From Podarcis filfolensis (taxonomy: Eukaryota), in assembly GCA_964270895.1 (NCBI GenBank), contig OZ185440.1: a DNA stretch of 64,000 bases; one strand, written 5' to 3'. The notes below the pieces were generated by a model. It did not search any database. It was given only the letters and a program-made list of their open reading frames with translations, and was not told where the DNA came from. This document shows positions 12,925-27,387 of the stretch, in pieces (the first letter of the stretch is position 1; each line of letters begins with the position of its first letter). Position numbers and translations under genes: made by a program.

Positions 12925-14424
12925 TTTTTTTGCTCTTCTGATAAGATTCCATATCAACAAAATATGAACAAAAATAATACAATAAAGAAAAATATATGAA
13001 ATAAAGAAAAGAGATCTTTCTTTTTTAAAAGATTTCTAAGAATAGACAAAAAATCAGAAAACATTCCTTGACCTATCAGCTTCCTAACCTCTCCTTCCAT
13101 GGTTCTGTTTATCCCCTCTTTTCCACATGTTTTCTTAGTTCACCCTGTCTATCGCAACAACTTTTATATACTTTATTATTTCTTACTCTGCTGAAAACCT
13201 TACCATCCTGCTAGGTAAATTGTTTGCTTATAGTACTTCTCCATATTTTCCGTAAACAATATCCAGTCCTCTTTGTATCTTTTGTCATTTTGGTTTCTTC
13301 TTCTAGTAGTCATCCTTGTTAGGTTCGCATATTCTAACAGTTTAATATGCCATTCTTCTTTTGTTGGTACTTTAGCGGTTTTCCATTTTGGGGCTAATGG
13401 TACATTGGCAGCTGCTGTTATGTATAGGAACAAATTTCTCTCTCTTTTTTTGTGACTTCTGTTGTTATTAATTCCAGGAGCAATGCTTCTGGATTTTTAG
13501 AAAATGATTTTGTAAACTTTTTTTTAGTTCAGTATAAAATCATTTTCCAATAATTTTTGATTATGCCACATGACCGCCACATGCAGTAGAAGGTTCCTTC
13601 TGCTATTTTACATTTCCAACAGTTACCCTTTATTGATTTTGACATTTTTGCTAATCTGTTAAGTGTCAAATGCAACCTATGTTAAAACGTGTAGTATGCT
13701 GTAAATCTTATATTTACTCTCCAAAGTTGTTCCCATAATATAAAATCAATATTGTGTCCAATGTCTCTAGCCCAATTTATCACTGAAGACTTTACTGTTT
13801 CCTCCATTGCCTCCCACTCAAGTAATAAGTTGCATATTTTTTATAATTTTTTGACCTTGGATCCTAACAGCTCCTTTTCAAACTGAGTTTTTTTCAGCAA
13901 ATCCATATTTTTTGTCTATCTTAAATGTCCGCCTCAACTGGTAGTAACGAAACCAGTCTGTCACTTGGTATTTTATCTTTTCATACTCTATTTACATTCC
14001 TCCCCAGTGATGTTTAGAAGGTCTTTGTATGTACTCCAGTTTGTCTCTATGTTGATTTTTTTTTCATGCCAGGGCTTATGTAGTTTTCTATATTTTCCCC
14101 ATACCCTATAAAGATTTTTTTTTCTGATTATACGGTTTGAAAAGCTCTCATATACCCTTGCCTTTCTGTACTACAGGCACGCATGCCATCCAAATTTTAA
14201 ATCATGCCCTTCCTGGTCTAACAGATGGCTGTTCTTTAGTAAAATCCAGTCTTTCAACCAACATAAGCATGATGCTTCAAAATATAATTGTAGGTCAGGG
14301 AGAACAAAACGACCTCTCTCTTGGGTATCATTCATAATTTTATGTTTTATCCTGGGTTTTCTCCCCTGCCAAATAAACTTAGAAAGATCTTTCTGCAATG
14401 CTGCTTTTGATGGATAGGAAAGCT
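12925..14424 (-). mobile_element. L1-clade LINE 3' fragment (degenerate ORF2 C-terminus plus 3' UTR)
   Basis: Minus-strand peptides QKDLSKFIWQGRKPRIK...LPDLQLYFEASCLCWLKDW (14171-14398) and ...KWKTAKVPTKEEW...DWILF (13200-13433) resemble vertebrate L1 ORF2. Ends are approximate. Confidence 0.8.
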
Positions 14425-16124
14425 AGTGATGTGAGCCTGTCATGGTAGACTGCAAGTGTGTTTTGATGAGCTTCAGTTTTGAAAAGATAGGCTCACCAAT
14501 GGCAACTGTCACTTGAAGTATCAGGGGAATTTGTAGCGCTATCCAGACATTTTGGAAGCCACATGGTTGTACTGCAGGGTGTCTTGTGGTGAGCCTTTTC
14601 CATGAGCTAAAATGTGAAAGAGGTTGCTTCACTGAACACAACGATCTGTACCACCATTGTCAGAGTGGTGGCCATCGGTGATGGCTATGGATAGATCAAT
14701 ACCTTGGGTGTTAAGCATCTGTTGTGGAAGGTTTTCAAGGTTGTATGAAAATCCTCATATATGTGAGATTCAAGTTGCTCAAATAACACTGCTACACTGT
14801 TAGTCTGTAATCCAATGTTGTTTACTTGGAAACAAGTCTATATAATATTTACTCCCAATTAAATCTGGGGTAGGGTTGTCAGACTTCAATCTACAATCAC
14901 TTGTAGAAAAGCCTAATAGATCAGTAAGGCAATGCTAAAATAAGTTGGCTGTAAATTTCTGCTGTATTTAAGTTAATTTTAAACAATACTATTTTGCATA
15001 AAATAAAGTTATGCCCTTTGTCAGGCACACTTATTGTTCTAGCTCCATAACATTCACACATTTAGGGTAAATGAACCACCTTGAGATCTTTGGCCTTCTG
15101 GAGTGTGTCAGATTAGTTCATGCTTATTGAACAGTGTCTTTGACTCTTGTGAATTACAGTAATACCATTGGATGTAGTCCATTAATAACAACACAAGTGA
15201 GACTGCAATTTACATTAAAAGCATAAGAAGTAAAGGTAAAAGTCAATTATATTTAGAGATGGGATAAAATTACTATATATGTACGGAATCCAGAGTTGAT
15301 TATCTATCTTTGTGGTAACTTGTTATAAAAGACATTTTCCATAAAATATTTAGCTGGCTGGCCCTCAATTTCTGTTGCAATTGGCTTTCCTTCATAGCAT
15401 ATATACGTACATATATAATTGCTCTTGCCTGGCAACAAATGCTACTTCCAGTTATCTGTTTTTAGATACTTGGGTTGTAGTCTTATACACACTATATAGT
15501 CCCATACACATTTAGTTGAGAAGAAGCTTTTAGGCCATAGTGGGACAAAAGTTTGAGCAGGCTCAAGGTGAAGTGTGTGGATAACCAAAATAAATTGTTC
15601 CCAATTAAGCACAAGAGTGTCTTAGAAAGTTCTGCGCCTCTCAAAATGCAAAAACATTCATATGGTTTTCTCTGGAAGCAATTTGTTGCCAGACCCATTA
15701 TACCTCACTTTAGAAACTTCTTCCTAGTTTCCTTTCTATCTTTACTTCTTCCAAATAATATTGCTGTAACTAGAGTTAGTGACACTGCCTAGTTCCAGGT
15801 ATGAGGTCAAGGCATTTAAGCACCTTTGAGAGTGAATGCTAAGGCTTGAACCTAAAGCATTTGAAATAAAAGGGAAAGACTGTATATCCTTACCTGGTGT
15901 CAAATGAACTTTGCTCTCCTGTCACCACAATGGATGAGTTTAGAGCAAATGATCCCACTTGCCCACGATGTCCCACTTTGGTGATCTCCCTCCCTCTGTA
16001 GCTCTCCTGTGCCCCTGAAACAAGAAAATGATCATTGCTACAAGCAAGTGAAAACTTGGGTCTAAACCATGGTTTGTTTGTTAGTTTGTTACATTTCTAT
16101 CCTACCTTTCTTCAGGGTGATGTG

Positions 16125-16290
16125 CATAGTTCTCTGTCTCCCCATTTTATCCTCAAAGCAACCCTGTGAAATAGGTTAGGCTAAGATAGTGACTGGACAA
16201 CCAGTGGGCTTCATGGTTGAGCAGGGACTAGAATCCCCATCTCCCACATCTTAGTCCAACACTCTAACCACTACAACACACTGGCTCACA
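16125..16290 (-). mobile_element. Old MIR/core-type SINE remnant
   Basis: cccattttatcctcaaagcaaccctgtgaaataggttaggc...tagtccaacactctaaccactac. Related fragments near 8090-8200, 26960-27120 and 44120-44290. Confidence 0.55.
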
Positions 16291-18069
16291 CTGTATTAGA
16301 GGAAAGGAGTTGCGATGAGAGGGTGTATAATGAGTAATGCCAAATTTACAAGTTTATACATCTTATCATTCCCTGTTTTTGGTTGTTGTTGTTTTAAATA
16401 CAAATCCTGATCAGAATGAAGTTCACTTATCCCTCTAACAAGACAAGAAGCCATTATTAAGCTCTGTATTATTTTAGATATAAGCTGTTTGAGTGCCTTT
16501 AGTCTTACTTGATGAGAAAAGTGACATCTTGAGGAAATATACAACAAATTAAAAACAAAAGTCTTATTAGTCTTGGCAGTTACCTATGTAGCACAATTGA
16601 TTTAGAATCCCCTGGATGGGCAGCCTTCTCCTCAAGCAGCTAACTTGACAAAGGGAATGCATTTATTATTATTTTTTTAGAATTAATGTTTGGATTTCTT
16701 TGGTGGTAATAGCATTTTGCTCTTGAATGCAAAACAATTAAATCAAGACACTCTCGCTACACTGAGATTTAAAGTGCTTCACTCAGGCTGCAATCCTCAG
16801 TGCCACAAAGTCACTGGCCAAAATCCAACACAGAGTTAAGTGTGTTTAAGCCCTTTAAAATGAGAAGCAAGCCACACATTACATTAAATGTGTATTCATC
16901 ACATTTGCATGTTTATGCATTTTTAGTAGCAGCCAAGGGAGCACAGTAGCAGTTCCCCTCCTGGGCCAATAACAGATTTAGAGGTAGTGATTTTTGCTGC
17001 AGTTGTGATATGGAAGAAGTGGGTTAAACTACCCTCCACCTGTTCTATAGTACTGATTCTGTCTGAAACCTGCACAGCTGCTATTTTAAATACACACACT
17101 CACCTGAATGTGAATGTGGTTTTACCATAATATGTGGTTTGGCATTAAATGGATTTAAATATGCTGGATTGTGGCCAAGGTGTTACTTACATCTTGGTTT
17201 TAATCCAGCAGCCTGCATACATTTTCCTCTAGGTATGTATGATACAATTATTGGGCTTGCATCTGGGAAGCACACTTGTGGAGATACCATTTGTATGAAC
17301 TGCAGCTGTAAGTAATTCACACAATTGTCATAGCGGCTGCATGGACAGCCCCCATTTGCAGGTTCATAAAAACTTGCCTCCGTATTAATAGGCTCATCCG
17401 TCAAAGCCTATAAATATACAAAGCAACTCTATGCATATCTTGAAGTAAAATGAATTACAGACAATGCTGTGTAGCTAGAGATGCTAAGAGTCACACTCTC
17501 TCCTTAAGAGTTGGTGGATTGCATGCTCTTGTGTATACCACCCTGATTTTACAATCCGTGCATTTCAGAATCCATGAGGTAAAATTCTCCCATTAAAAAT
17601 ATATCTGATGATGGGATGTGTCAGCACAATGTTACAAGCCAGGATGTCAGGTTGTTCTGGTATCACAATGTGTACTTTTCATTGTAGTACCATACTATGT
17701 TGCTACATCTGTATCTAAAGCAGCCACCACCGTATCACAATCAGGATCTAATTAGACAGAGGTAGGATGAGTCAGCTGCTAGGCACAATCTCAAGATGAT
17801 TTCTGCCACTAAAGGTTACATGACTTCTGCATCATTGTACGCCTTTAGGTCTGGTACAGAATTGTAAGCCTGAGAGTGACCCTTGCTAGAGCCTTCCCTC
17901 AAAGCAAAGAATGAGTGGGAACAACTTTTTAAAATCCTTGTTTTTCTGAACACTTGAGTATAATGAACAAAAACTGGGTTCCTCTCTCTTCCCCCATTTG
18001 TTGTGGAAAATATGGTATGCATATATACCCATGAGCTGTTGTTTTTCACCTCTGCTGCTGTGCTCTGAT

Positions 18070-18797
18070 GTTGTGCATAGCCTGAGAGTCATTTTGGACT
18101 CACAGCTGTCCATGGAGGCACTGGTGAATTCTGTGTCCAGAGTGGCTGTCTATCAGCTCCATCTCGTACGCAGGCTGAGACCCTACCTGTCCACAGACTG
18201 TCTTGCCAGTGTGGTGCATGCTGTAGTTATCTCCCACTTGGACTACTGCAACACGCTCTATGTGGGGCTACCTTTGAAGGTGACCCGGAAACTACAACTA
18301 ATCCAGAATGTGGCAGCTAGAGTGGTGACTGGGAGCTGCCGCTGACACCACATAATACCGGTCTTGAAAGACCTACATTGGCTCTCAGTGTGTTCCAAGC
18401 ACAATTCAAAGTGTTGGTGCTGACCTTTAAAGCCCTAAACAGCCTCGGCCCAGTATACCTAAAGGCTCATCTCCACCCCCATCATTCAACCAGGACACTG
18501 AGGTCCAGTGCTGAGAGCCTTCTGGCAGTTTCCTCACTGCGACAAGTGAAGTTACAGGGAACCAGGCAGAGGGCCTTCTCGGTAGTTGCGCCAGCCCTGT
18601 GGAATGCCCTCCCATCAGATGTCAAAGAAATAAACAACTATATGACATTTAGAAGACATCTGAAGGCAGACCTGTTTAGGGAAGTTTTTAATGACAGTTG
18701 TTTTAATGTATTTTAAATCTTTTGTTCGAAGCCGCCCAGAGTGGCTGGGGAAACCCAGCCAGATGGGCAGGGTAGAAATATATTGTTGTTGTTGTTT
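18070..18797 (+). mobile_element. L2-type LINE 3' fragment
   Basis: Encodes LDSQLSM...RRLRPYL...HLDYCNTLYVGLPLKVTRKLQLIQNVAARVVTG, then HWL...FKVLVLTFKAL. Ends in an L2-like 3' UTR and (TTG)n. Confidence 0.88.
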
Positions 18798-20624
18798 GGC
18801 TGAACAGTGTAAGAGATTCACAGTTCCATGTCTGAAGAAGTTGATCAACTATAACTTGCAGCTGAGTAGGCACAACTCTCAAATTTTAACCTTAAGCCTC
18901 TGCATCTTGATGAAGAAAGCAAAATGTCAGCCCATTAGTCATACTTGGAGTGCCATTTCCCTACTTTATGTGTAGAAAACATGGTTTACTTTCATCTCAA
19001 GGAGTGGAAGTTGAGGTCTGCAGCTCTTTAGAAATCTCTTATTTTGGCACACTGAAGGTATCTAGTTACATAGAGGGCAGGTGTGGCCCTGGGGCAGTTC
19101 ATCACATCAACCTGACAGTGTGTCTCAACTCTCATTTGGGCAAAATGAACAAGTAGGTAATTTAATCTCATCAATGGCATTTCACAGATCAAGTAACAGT
19201 TGTAGCAGTTCAGTTTGCAAAGGAAAAAGAAATGAAATATTGCACATAGTTGATAACAATGGTCCTATTTTAAGCTTCTAGAGGACAATGGCGTGCTTAA
19301 GCCTTACTTACATTTGACCTGTGGGTAAAAGAAAGTGCAATGCCCATTTTCTTCTCATGCTGGTGTGTTGAGTTAGTGTACCTATGTGAAATCAAATTAT
19401 TAATTCATAAGCATCAAAGGAACTATTTATATAACAGAGGCAAACATCAAAGTGAGATGCTCTAAGGGCAACTTGTGTGCATCCACTCAGCCTTTCATTC
19501 TCTTCACAAATGCACTTGATAGAGCTGAATTCCTCACACTTGTGTAAGGGTCAAGAGACACTGTATCTAGAAGGCAAACAGACTAACCTTGGCAAAGCAA
19601 AACTGACCCAGACAAAACAGGCAGCTCTGCCAAGAACCTTTAGACTCAGACCTCAAAATGCCTCTGCTGGAAAACAGGAGGGGGAAAGCTTTGCATCTGT
19701 CTAGTTCAGTTGCCAAATGCATCTCAAGAGCAAGAGAGGAAAACAATGAGAAGGAATGCCAAGGGTGGAGGATATATTTCTGCCATAGAAAGATGCTCAG
19801 GCTGCCATATCTGCATCTTTGAAAACGGGAGGATTGCTTATGAAAGTTCTGGACTGCAGAAAAGGAGTCCTTGGATGAGCATCAGTTTTTACAACTTGCC
19901 AGACATTGATTCAAAGTGACTGGAGCTACAAGAGATGCAGAGGTAAGCTCTGCCCCTGCCAGCTCATCAAATGGAGTCAAGTCAAATTTGCAGTAGAGCC
20001 CGTGAGGGTCCAAGTTTCATAACAATGTGGCATGGCTCATCACTTGGGATCGACGGCTGCCATTTAAACAGGTGGCAAATGGAGTCCACAGAATCCACAG
20101 AGCCATCTAAATTGGAAGCCAAAGAGTTTTGGGGTGATTATGACATGGGAAAAGATGTGTGGACAATCAAAAGCTGGGAGAGAGCATAAAAATTTGAAAT
20201 GATTGGGGATTTGGCTCATATAATAGGCAGTTATATTTAGAGGAATCTCCTTGTGAAAAATCAGTGTGGTTTTAACTTACCTACAACTGAGATGTTGTGG
20301 ATATAACTTCTTTGAGGCATGTGACATGGTGTACAACTGAGCTTCAACAATAAGTGACAATTTAGAAGGTGCATCTAAAACAAAGAGCCAGTGGCACTTC
20401 TGTGACAGGAGTTGGCCCATAACTTGAAACTGAATCCTGATTGGACAGAGGTTTTAGTTTTCTGAAGTCTTGGGCCCAAGAGATGGTAGAAGCTACCTAT
20501 TCTGGAAGGGGCTACACTTCCCTGGAAGGAGCAGGTCTGTAACTTGGGGGGTATTCCCAGATCCAGCATTGCCACTGAGAGCTCTGGAGACCTTGTGGCT
20601 AGGAGTGACACTTCTAGTTCCAGC

Positions 20625-21622
20625 TGGTTTGCCAGCTGTGAACCCTTTTGGAAAGAGATGACTTGGCCACAGTATTCCATGTGCTGTATAACTACCAGAC
20701 TGGATTACTGCAATATGCCATACAGGGACTGCCCTAGAAGCACAACTTGGAAGCTTCAATGATCCAAAACTGAGCAGTCCTATTATGGGCTGGAGTTTCA
20801 TTTAGAATGCATGTAATCCCTGTTTTGAACCAGCTGCATTGGTTGCCAGTTCATTTCTGGACCCAGTTCAAAGTGCTCACATCAGTGTTTAAAGCCCTAA
20901 ATGACTTAGGCCCCAAATCCACGACTCCCTCTGCCTCTACAAATCCTCAGTGTTGAGATCAGCAAAAGGGCCCCCCTTGAGAATTCTACCACCATCAGAA
21001 TTATGGAGTGTGTAGCCCTGAAGAGAGCATTCTCTGTGGCAGCACCCTAACTGTGGAATTTCTTCCCCACAGAGGTGTGTCTGGCACCTTCATTGTATAC
21101 CTTTTATCACACACTGAAGATGCACCTCTTTACACCTGGATGCAGGTGGCACTGTGGTCTAAACCACAGAGCCTGGGGCTTGCTGATCAGAAGGTTGGTG
21201 GTTCGAATCCCCGCAACGGGGTGAGCTCCCGTTGCTCGGTCCCTGCTCCTGCCCACCTAGCAGTTCAAAAGCACGACGCAGTGCAAGTAAATAAATAGGT
21301 ACTGCTCCAGCGGGAAGGTAAACAGCGTTTCCGTGCTCTGCTCTGGTTCGCCAGAAGCGGCTTAGTCATGCTGGCCACATGACCTGGAAGCTGTCTGCGG
21401 ACAAACGCCGGCTCCCTTGGCCTATAGAGCGAGTTGAGTGCGCAACCCCAGAGTCTTCCACGACTTAACAGTCAGGGGCCCCTTTGCCTTTATATATGTT
21501 TTAGAACCCCCTTCTTCCACCTCTTTATTGTAGATTGTTTCAATCGAGTTTAATGTTGTATTTTTACATTGCTGTAACCCACCCTGGGACATTATGGTGA
21601 AGAGCGGGTAAAAAATAATAAA
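20625..21622 (+). mobile_element. Older L2-type LINE 3' fragment, interrupted by a Sauria SINE
   Basis: ITTRLDYCN, KLQ, LHWLP and FKV/FKAL motifs in shifting frames. L2-like tail gtaacccaccctgggac...gagcgggtaaaaaataataaa. Confidence 0.7.
21138..21492 (+). mobile_element. Sauria-type SINE inserted in an L2 fragment
   Basis: Full head (GGTTCGAATCCCCGCAACGGGGTGAGCTCCC), body and cctttgccttta tail. Both flanks are L2-like sequence. Confidence 0.88.
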
Positions 21623-23232
21623 TCATAATGCAATATACTAGGCAATTGGGAATAGAAATGCTCTTTTCTTTGTGTGCCAAACTTGATATGTGATCAAACA
21701 TGACTCACTGTTTTCCATATACTTCAAATAAGACTCCTTTAAACATATCTTGGTTAATAGTAAGGTGTATATATGGATATAGTTTTCTTTCACTAGTAAA
21801 AAGATTAAAAATACCTGGGGGTTCTTGGGAAATTCTTGAACAAACTGAAGGATTTTGTGGCTTGGATCTTTTGCTTCAGGCCATTAATTCATAATTAAGT
21901 AAGTGGAGGTGGGGAGGAATACTGGCTTCACTTATTATTGGTATGAATATGGAATTGAACTATGGGAGGTTAAAATGTATCTTGTGAAGAACTCCATAAA
22001 CAGAGTTGTCTTGTACGGTCTTTTACCATAAGGCAACTTCTTAACTTGTTTCACCTTCGATTTCTGCACCATCAAGAGGCATGTCTCAGGTTGAAGCAAG
22101 GTAGATATGAGCACTTGAATAATGTAGACTTTTCTCCTTCTGCCATTTATATTTATAGACTACACTATTCAAATGGCCTAGAGAAGGTTCTGTAAGTTTC
22201 TGCATTTGCATTCTAACAGGGTATGTCTGTTCCAAAGCACCCACAAATCCTAAAAATTTCTAGTTCGGTGGCTGAGATGCTCAAGATTTCTTCTTTCCAT
22301 TTCCTCGGTGCGTTTAGTCCTTTTCTTTCATCCCTTAAGAACCATGTTCACTACTTTAAGAAACTCATCTAATCTGCTGAGGATAATTATGTTTCTGCAC
22401 TTAGTATATATGACTGAACAAAAAAGACCACCTCGGCACTCTGTAGAGTTTTTCTCTTAACCTGCTCACTGTCAGTTAGTTCCACTGATGTAGTTAACCC
22501 AGGATGTTCATAGAGCAGATTTGTTTGTTTGTTTGTTTGTTTTGATTATACCTTACCTTTTGTCTATATAAGACACCCAACTTGTGTTAAAGCTGTTGGT
22601 TTTGAAGCCTCTCACAACCTTGGGCCACTCAAGCATATAAACAAACATTTTCTTTAGTTCTATAGAGTTGTACCAACAGCCTAGAAAGAAAGCTGTACCA
22701 CAGCAGCCTGACGTTGAGATTATTGACAAGGGGTGTATCTAAAATCTAGACCTTCAGTTCACCCCTGCAACTACACTTTCTGTCACAGACATCTCAGAGA
22801 ACAGGCACCATTTTCTTTTGTCCATCAGTTCAAAGTATGTTTTCTGTGCCATTTCACCAGGGCAGGTATTTATTAAGGACAGTCACGCATAAAACATACT
22901 GAAATGGGGGGGGGGATTCTGGTCACTTGGCTTTGTTTTTACTAAATGTGGCAGAAGTGATACCATGTATTACTTACACTAGTGTTGCACCATTAACTTC
23001 AGTGCAATTACATTATTGTAGGTAGTCCATGAATTGTCCCCTATGGTGGTTTAAAACTAGTGGAGCAGGTCTGTCCCAGGTCTGAAGAACTAGCAGATTC
23101 AGTTTAGATATAGCATCATAATAAAGGATTTGTATAAAGAGTTTGAAATGGATTGTCACTGATTTTTTACTTTCTGTTTCTTCTGTCAGTGGTTAGACTG
23201 TGGTGGGATGAGGGAGATAGGACCAGCTGTCC

Positions 23233-23288
23233 CTAGACTTGTAGAGTTGGAAGGGATCCCGAGGGTCATCTAGTCCAACCCCCTGCAA
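23233..23288 (-). mobile_element. CR1-type 3' terminal fragment
   Basis: Reverse complement of the CR1 tail GGTTGGACTAGATGACCCTCGGGATCCCTTCCAACTCTACAA. Confidence 0.7.
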
Positions 23289-26200
23289 AGCTATTGCAGC
23301 TGGAAGAACCAGTATGGCTATTTTACATGTTTCCCTCCAACTTCTACTACAAGAATACCTTTGAGTTCTTACCTCTTTCTGCTTCTTCGCCCAAGTAAAG
23401 GGTACTTTTAGTTGAAGGAATTGAGTGATATGAACATAATATATATTATTCATCCTTTGGAGTGGAGCTGATGGAATACTGGGGCTTATATCCACATTAG
23501 ATGTACTTTCACAAAAATGGGAATTGATAGGCACAGTTGTACCAGTAAAAGGTAAAAAGAACTGTTGTACCTAAATATGAACTGGTTAATGAATTTAAAA
23601 AAAAAAACACTTTTTGCCTGTAACCAAAGACCACCACAGTAATGAATTAGTTTGCTGCAGAATAATCGATCACATGATGCGGTGCATGTACACCATTTGA
23701 ATGGCAATGCCCATCAACGGGGGGGGGGGGCTCCTCAAATATTTTATTGAGGGATCTGTAGACCCCTTGGCCCCAAGAAGTTAGCTCCTATGCCAGTGCC
23801 CTTCCTCTGATCTGACTTTAGATATGCTTAGTGATTTGCCCTATGTGATCCTGTTCATCCTACATGGATTATAGTATGATGTTACCTAATGGCATGAGAT
23901 GGAGCCAAGGAGAACTGATAGTCACACCACTGTCACAGTGAAACCATTGACCCACATTATTATGTGTGTAAAACACAAGTAATATATATGGGTCATATTC
24001 AACTAACCCATTCTTCTAGCAGAAACCAACAGAAGGACTTTCTTTGGAGCAGTGGGTCTTTGCCTTTCCTCTCTTACCCCCACACCCCTGTGCCTCCCTC
24101 CTATCTGGAGTAGACTGTAGATTTTTTCCATTGGGCAAGCAGAAATAGTTGTGTTGAAGCAAGAATTTCCTTAGCACTGGAATTCCACCCGATATTTCCA
24201 GAAAATAAGAAAAAGCAACAACCCCAGTACAGTACTGTTATGCCATTCTTATTCTGTGCTTCTGCACAATCCTTTCATTTCTATAGTTTGCTATAAGGCT
24301 TACAAAGTTCTTGTATTTCCCATAGTAATGAAGACTTAGATCGCTTTTTGCATGCTCGGCATCCTCTCTGTGCCTATACTGCTCTATTACTGTTGGCAGC
24401 CTAATGTAGAATAACACTTGATTCCCTCTCCTTGCCTCTCTCTCAAATGCCTCTCTGTCTCTCTAAAAATATTTGAGTAACAATTTCTAGATTTATTTTG
24501 TGATCTATTGTTGCTTCCTTTTTTGTAGCAAATGATGGGTATCATTCAGCAGGGACAGCTTAGAAAATGATAGCAGCCAAGTAAATCTCACTCAGAATTA
24601 AACATTGTAGATCAAATGGGATTTGTTCCAGATCTTCCCACTGGATTTAATGTAAGACTTTGACCCTTATGATTTTACAAAAGTGGGTCAAATTTCCTCT
24701 TCATGTTTGCCTGGTCTTCTGACATTTTGCCCAATGCCTGTAGTAGCAAGCAAGGTTTTATCAGCTGCTGCCAAAGAGATAACTACAGCTTTTGAATTCC
24801 AATAAAGAGTGTAATTGAATGGACTGTGTCTCCAGAAAATAACATTTCATGCCAGCTGCTCTGTTTTGTAGTACTGGAACCCTGAACTTTCCCTGTAAAA
24901 CAGGCTTGGCTCAGAGAAAGCACACCTTTAAAACCTTTTGACAAACCACCAGTCAGTGTATGTGTGCCCTAAACACATTGTTTTCCTTTGGCTATCTCCA
25001 CTTTCAGAATGACAGATGCAGAATTCTGTTCAAGATCTATACTTTCATACATCAAATTTATCTCATGTCAGTACCATAATAAATTACCTCATCATGTTCA
25101 CTTCATGTTAACTCCTCCCCTTCTTTATAGCTGACATGAACCCCTTTTAATCTGGTGGATATTGTTGTGCAGGAGCTGGGGATAGCTAGCTAGCAAGTGT
25201 CTATGCACCAACACCTGTCTTCTGCAAGTGAATTTTTCCTCAGAACTTCTTCCTTTGCTGGTTCTGGTACATTTCCCTGTTTTCCCCAGAAAGTGTTACT
25301 TGTTTATATGGCTGTCTCCACACTGAGCAGCTGTTCTCTGCAGGTACAAGTCATATCTAGTGCTGGAAGAGTGAATTGTGTCGGTGGCTAGACACACAAA
25401 TTCGCTGTGTGTGAGAGGAGAATGGGTTTTAAATTAATGTCATGACTGCCAATGCCTTAAAGCCACTGCAGCCTCACAATATTCAAAGCTAGTTGCAACT
25501 CAGCTGTAAGTGGCAGAAAAGTTAATTGTTTCTTTAAATGCTTTTTACAAGTAACATCAGAAAACACATAAATAAACAGTACAGTAAAGTTTGCCAACAG
25601 AGGCTGGTAATTAATTAATTAGGGATAATTTGTTTTCAGATACATGTTTTGTAATTTCAAGGTTGTTTTTTTGAAAAAAAAGCAAGATAAATTGTCTGAG
25701 AGATTTAGGATGTGTCTTCTATGCTGACTGATTGCCCCAAATTTGGGTTTACCTCATCCAGTTCGAGGGTTTGAAAACAGATTAAATGGAGATAATGAAG
25801 CACTTATTTGTGCTCTAGCTGTATTTTTAAGACAGGTGCTTTCCCCTCTTCTCTCTCCTACAAAACCTGGGCTGCTGCCACAGTTCAGATCTTGACCTTT
25901 TCAAAAGAGAAATGTCTTTGAGAATTGCAAATTCTTGTCAGAAGTTAATGAACAAATTGCAGTGCTAATCGAAGGCTGGCCTCTTCCAGGCCTTTGTCTG
26001 ATAGTCACGCCACAAAGGTCACTGTCTAACTAATGAGGGCTTTGGGTGATACTGACACAACATGTGGGCATTTGTGAAAGGCCAAAATTTATGGGTGCCA
26101 CTTGGGGACCATCCTGCTCTTGCAGGCATCTTAGAACTACAAGAACGGATGACCCATCCATCACCCCTCCTTGATGATTAGACTTAAACACTCAGTTCAT

Positions 26201-27346
26201 ATGCATAATTGCTAGACCTTAGGCTCCTCCAAAGGCCCCAATGTCATTATGATAGATCCTCCTCCATGTTTATCAAGGAGAATGAACGTTAGATGGCCCA
26301 TTCTGACATTTAGCATTTCAGCCTATCAAGGTTTTAGGGTGATTTGCAGATATCAAGTCACAGAGTGGGTGATTTAAATGGATGGAACATTTGCAGAACC
26401 ATAAATTTACCCGATGAAATCTCTTATGCTGGTGCTATTTTGCAGTTGGCAAATGGGGAAAAATATGTCTTAGGCTTACATTTTCTCCCAATTTTATGCT
26501 CACCTTTTGTATTTAAAGATTTTTTTTTTGATTTTTTGGAAAGTTATTATTTAAACCAGCATGTCCTCTAGCTGCCAAAGACTCTTCAAATTACCAAAAG
26601 TAACTTCCAGGCTCCCATTTTGATTTTCTATAGTACTATTTACCTGTTGCTGATGTTTTAAAAAACACTTTCATTGCAATACATAAGCAGTAAGATAACT
26701 ACTTCCTTGTGTAGTTATGAAGATAGGACGAGGTGGTATTTCAGGCAATCAGAGCAAAACCTGTTTTTTGTGATTCTACAGTAACAACTAATAAAGATAG
26801 GTAGGATGCTGCTTATTGTATAATGCAAATTGCTCTCTGCAATTTGATTTGTTTATAAAACCATATAAACCCAAAATGAAAAAAACCCTGTAAGTGGTAT
26901 CTCTAAAACAGTTATCAAAACAACACACATAAAAGCATAATGCCTGCATTCATTTTCACTATAGCTTTGTAAGGTATATCACTTATTATTCACATTTTAC
27001 ATCTGTGAAACTGAGGCTGAGTTAGGGTAAGATATGTCCCAAGGCCATATAGAGAGACTACATCAGCTGTGGGGCTTGAACCCATATCTTCAAGATTCAA
27101 GACCAACTGTGCATTCAGTGGACATCACTGTTTCTAGATACCAGATTTCTCCTTAGCCTTCTTCAGGCATTCTTCCATTCCACTTCCCGCAAGCAATTCC
27201 AGTGCCCCCACATTACTGTCACAGTTCAGAGACACATGTTGTTGTTGTTTATTGGACTTACAACCCACCCTTCATCATAAGGACCCAAGTCAGTTTACAA
27301 CAATATAAAAATACAATATTAAAATCAATTACAACAATTTACCATC

Positions 27347-27348
<2 letters not shown>

Positions 27349-27383
<35 letters not shown>
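27349..27383. repeat. (CT)n microsatellite
   Basis: Direct reading. Confidence 0.95.

Positions 27384-27387
<4 letters not shown>

Noticed and set aside
13200-14398. ORFs of 60-77 aa on both strands
   Set aside because: Fragments and antisense of a degenerate L1 ORF2.
17998-18716. 115-aa and 112-aa ORFs
   Set aside because: Pieces of an L2 ORF2 C-terminus broken by a stop and frameshift, so no functional retrotransposon.
19690-20190. Purine-rich segment with two ORFs of about 70 aa
   Set aside because: No recognisable protein or TE motif and no convincing splice-bounded exon, so it could not be supported.
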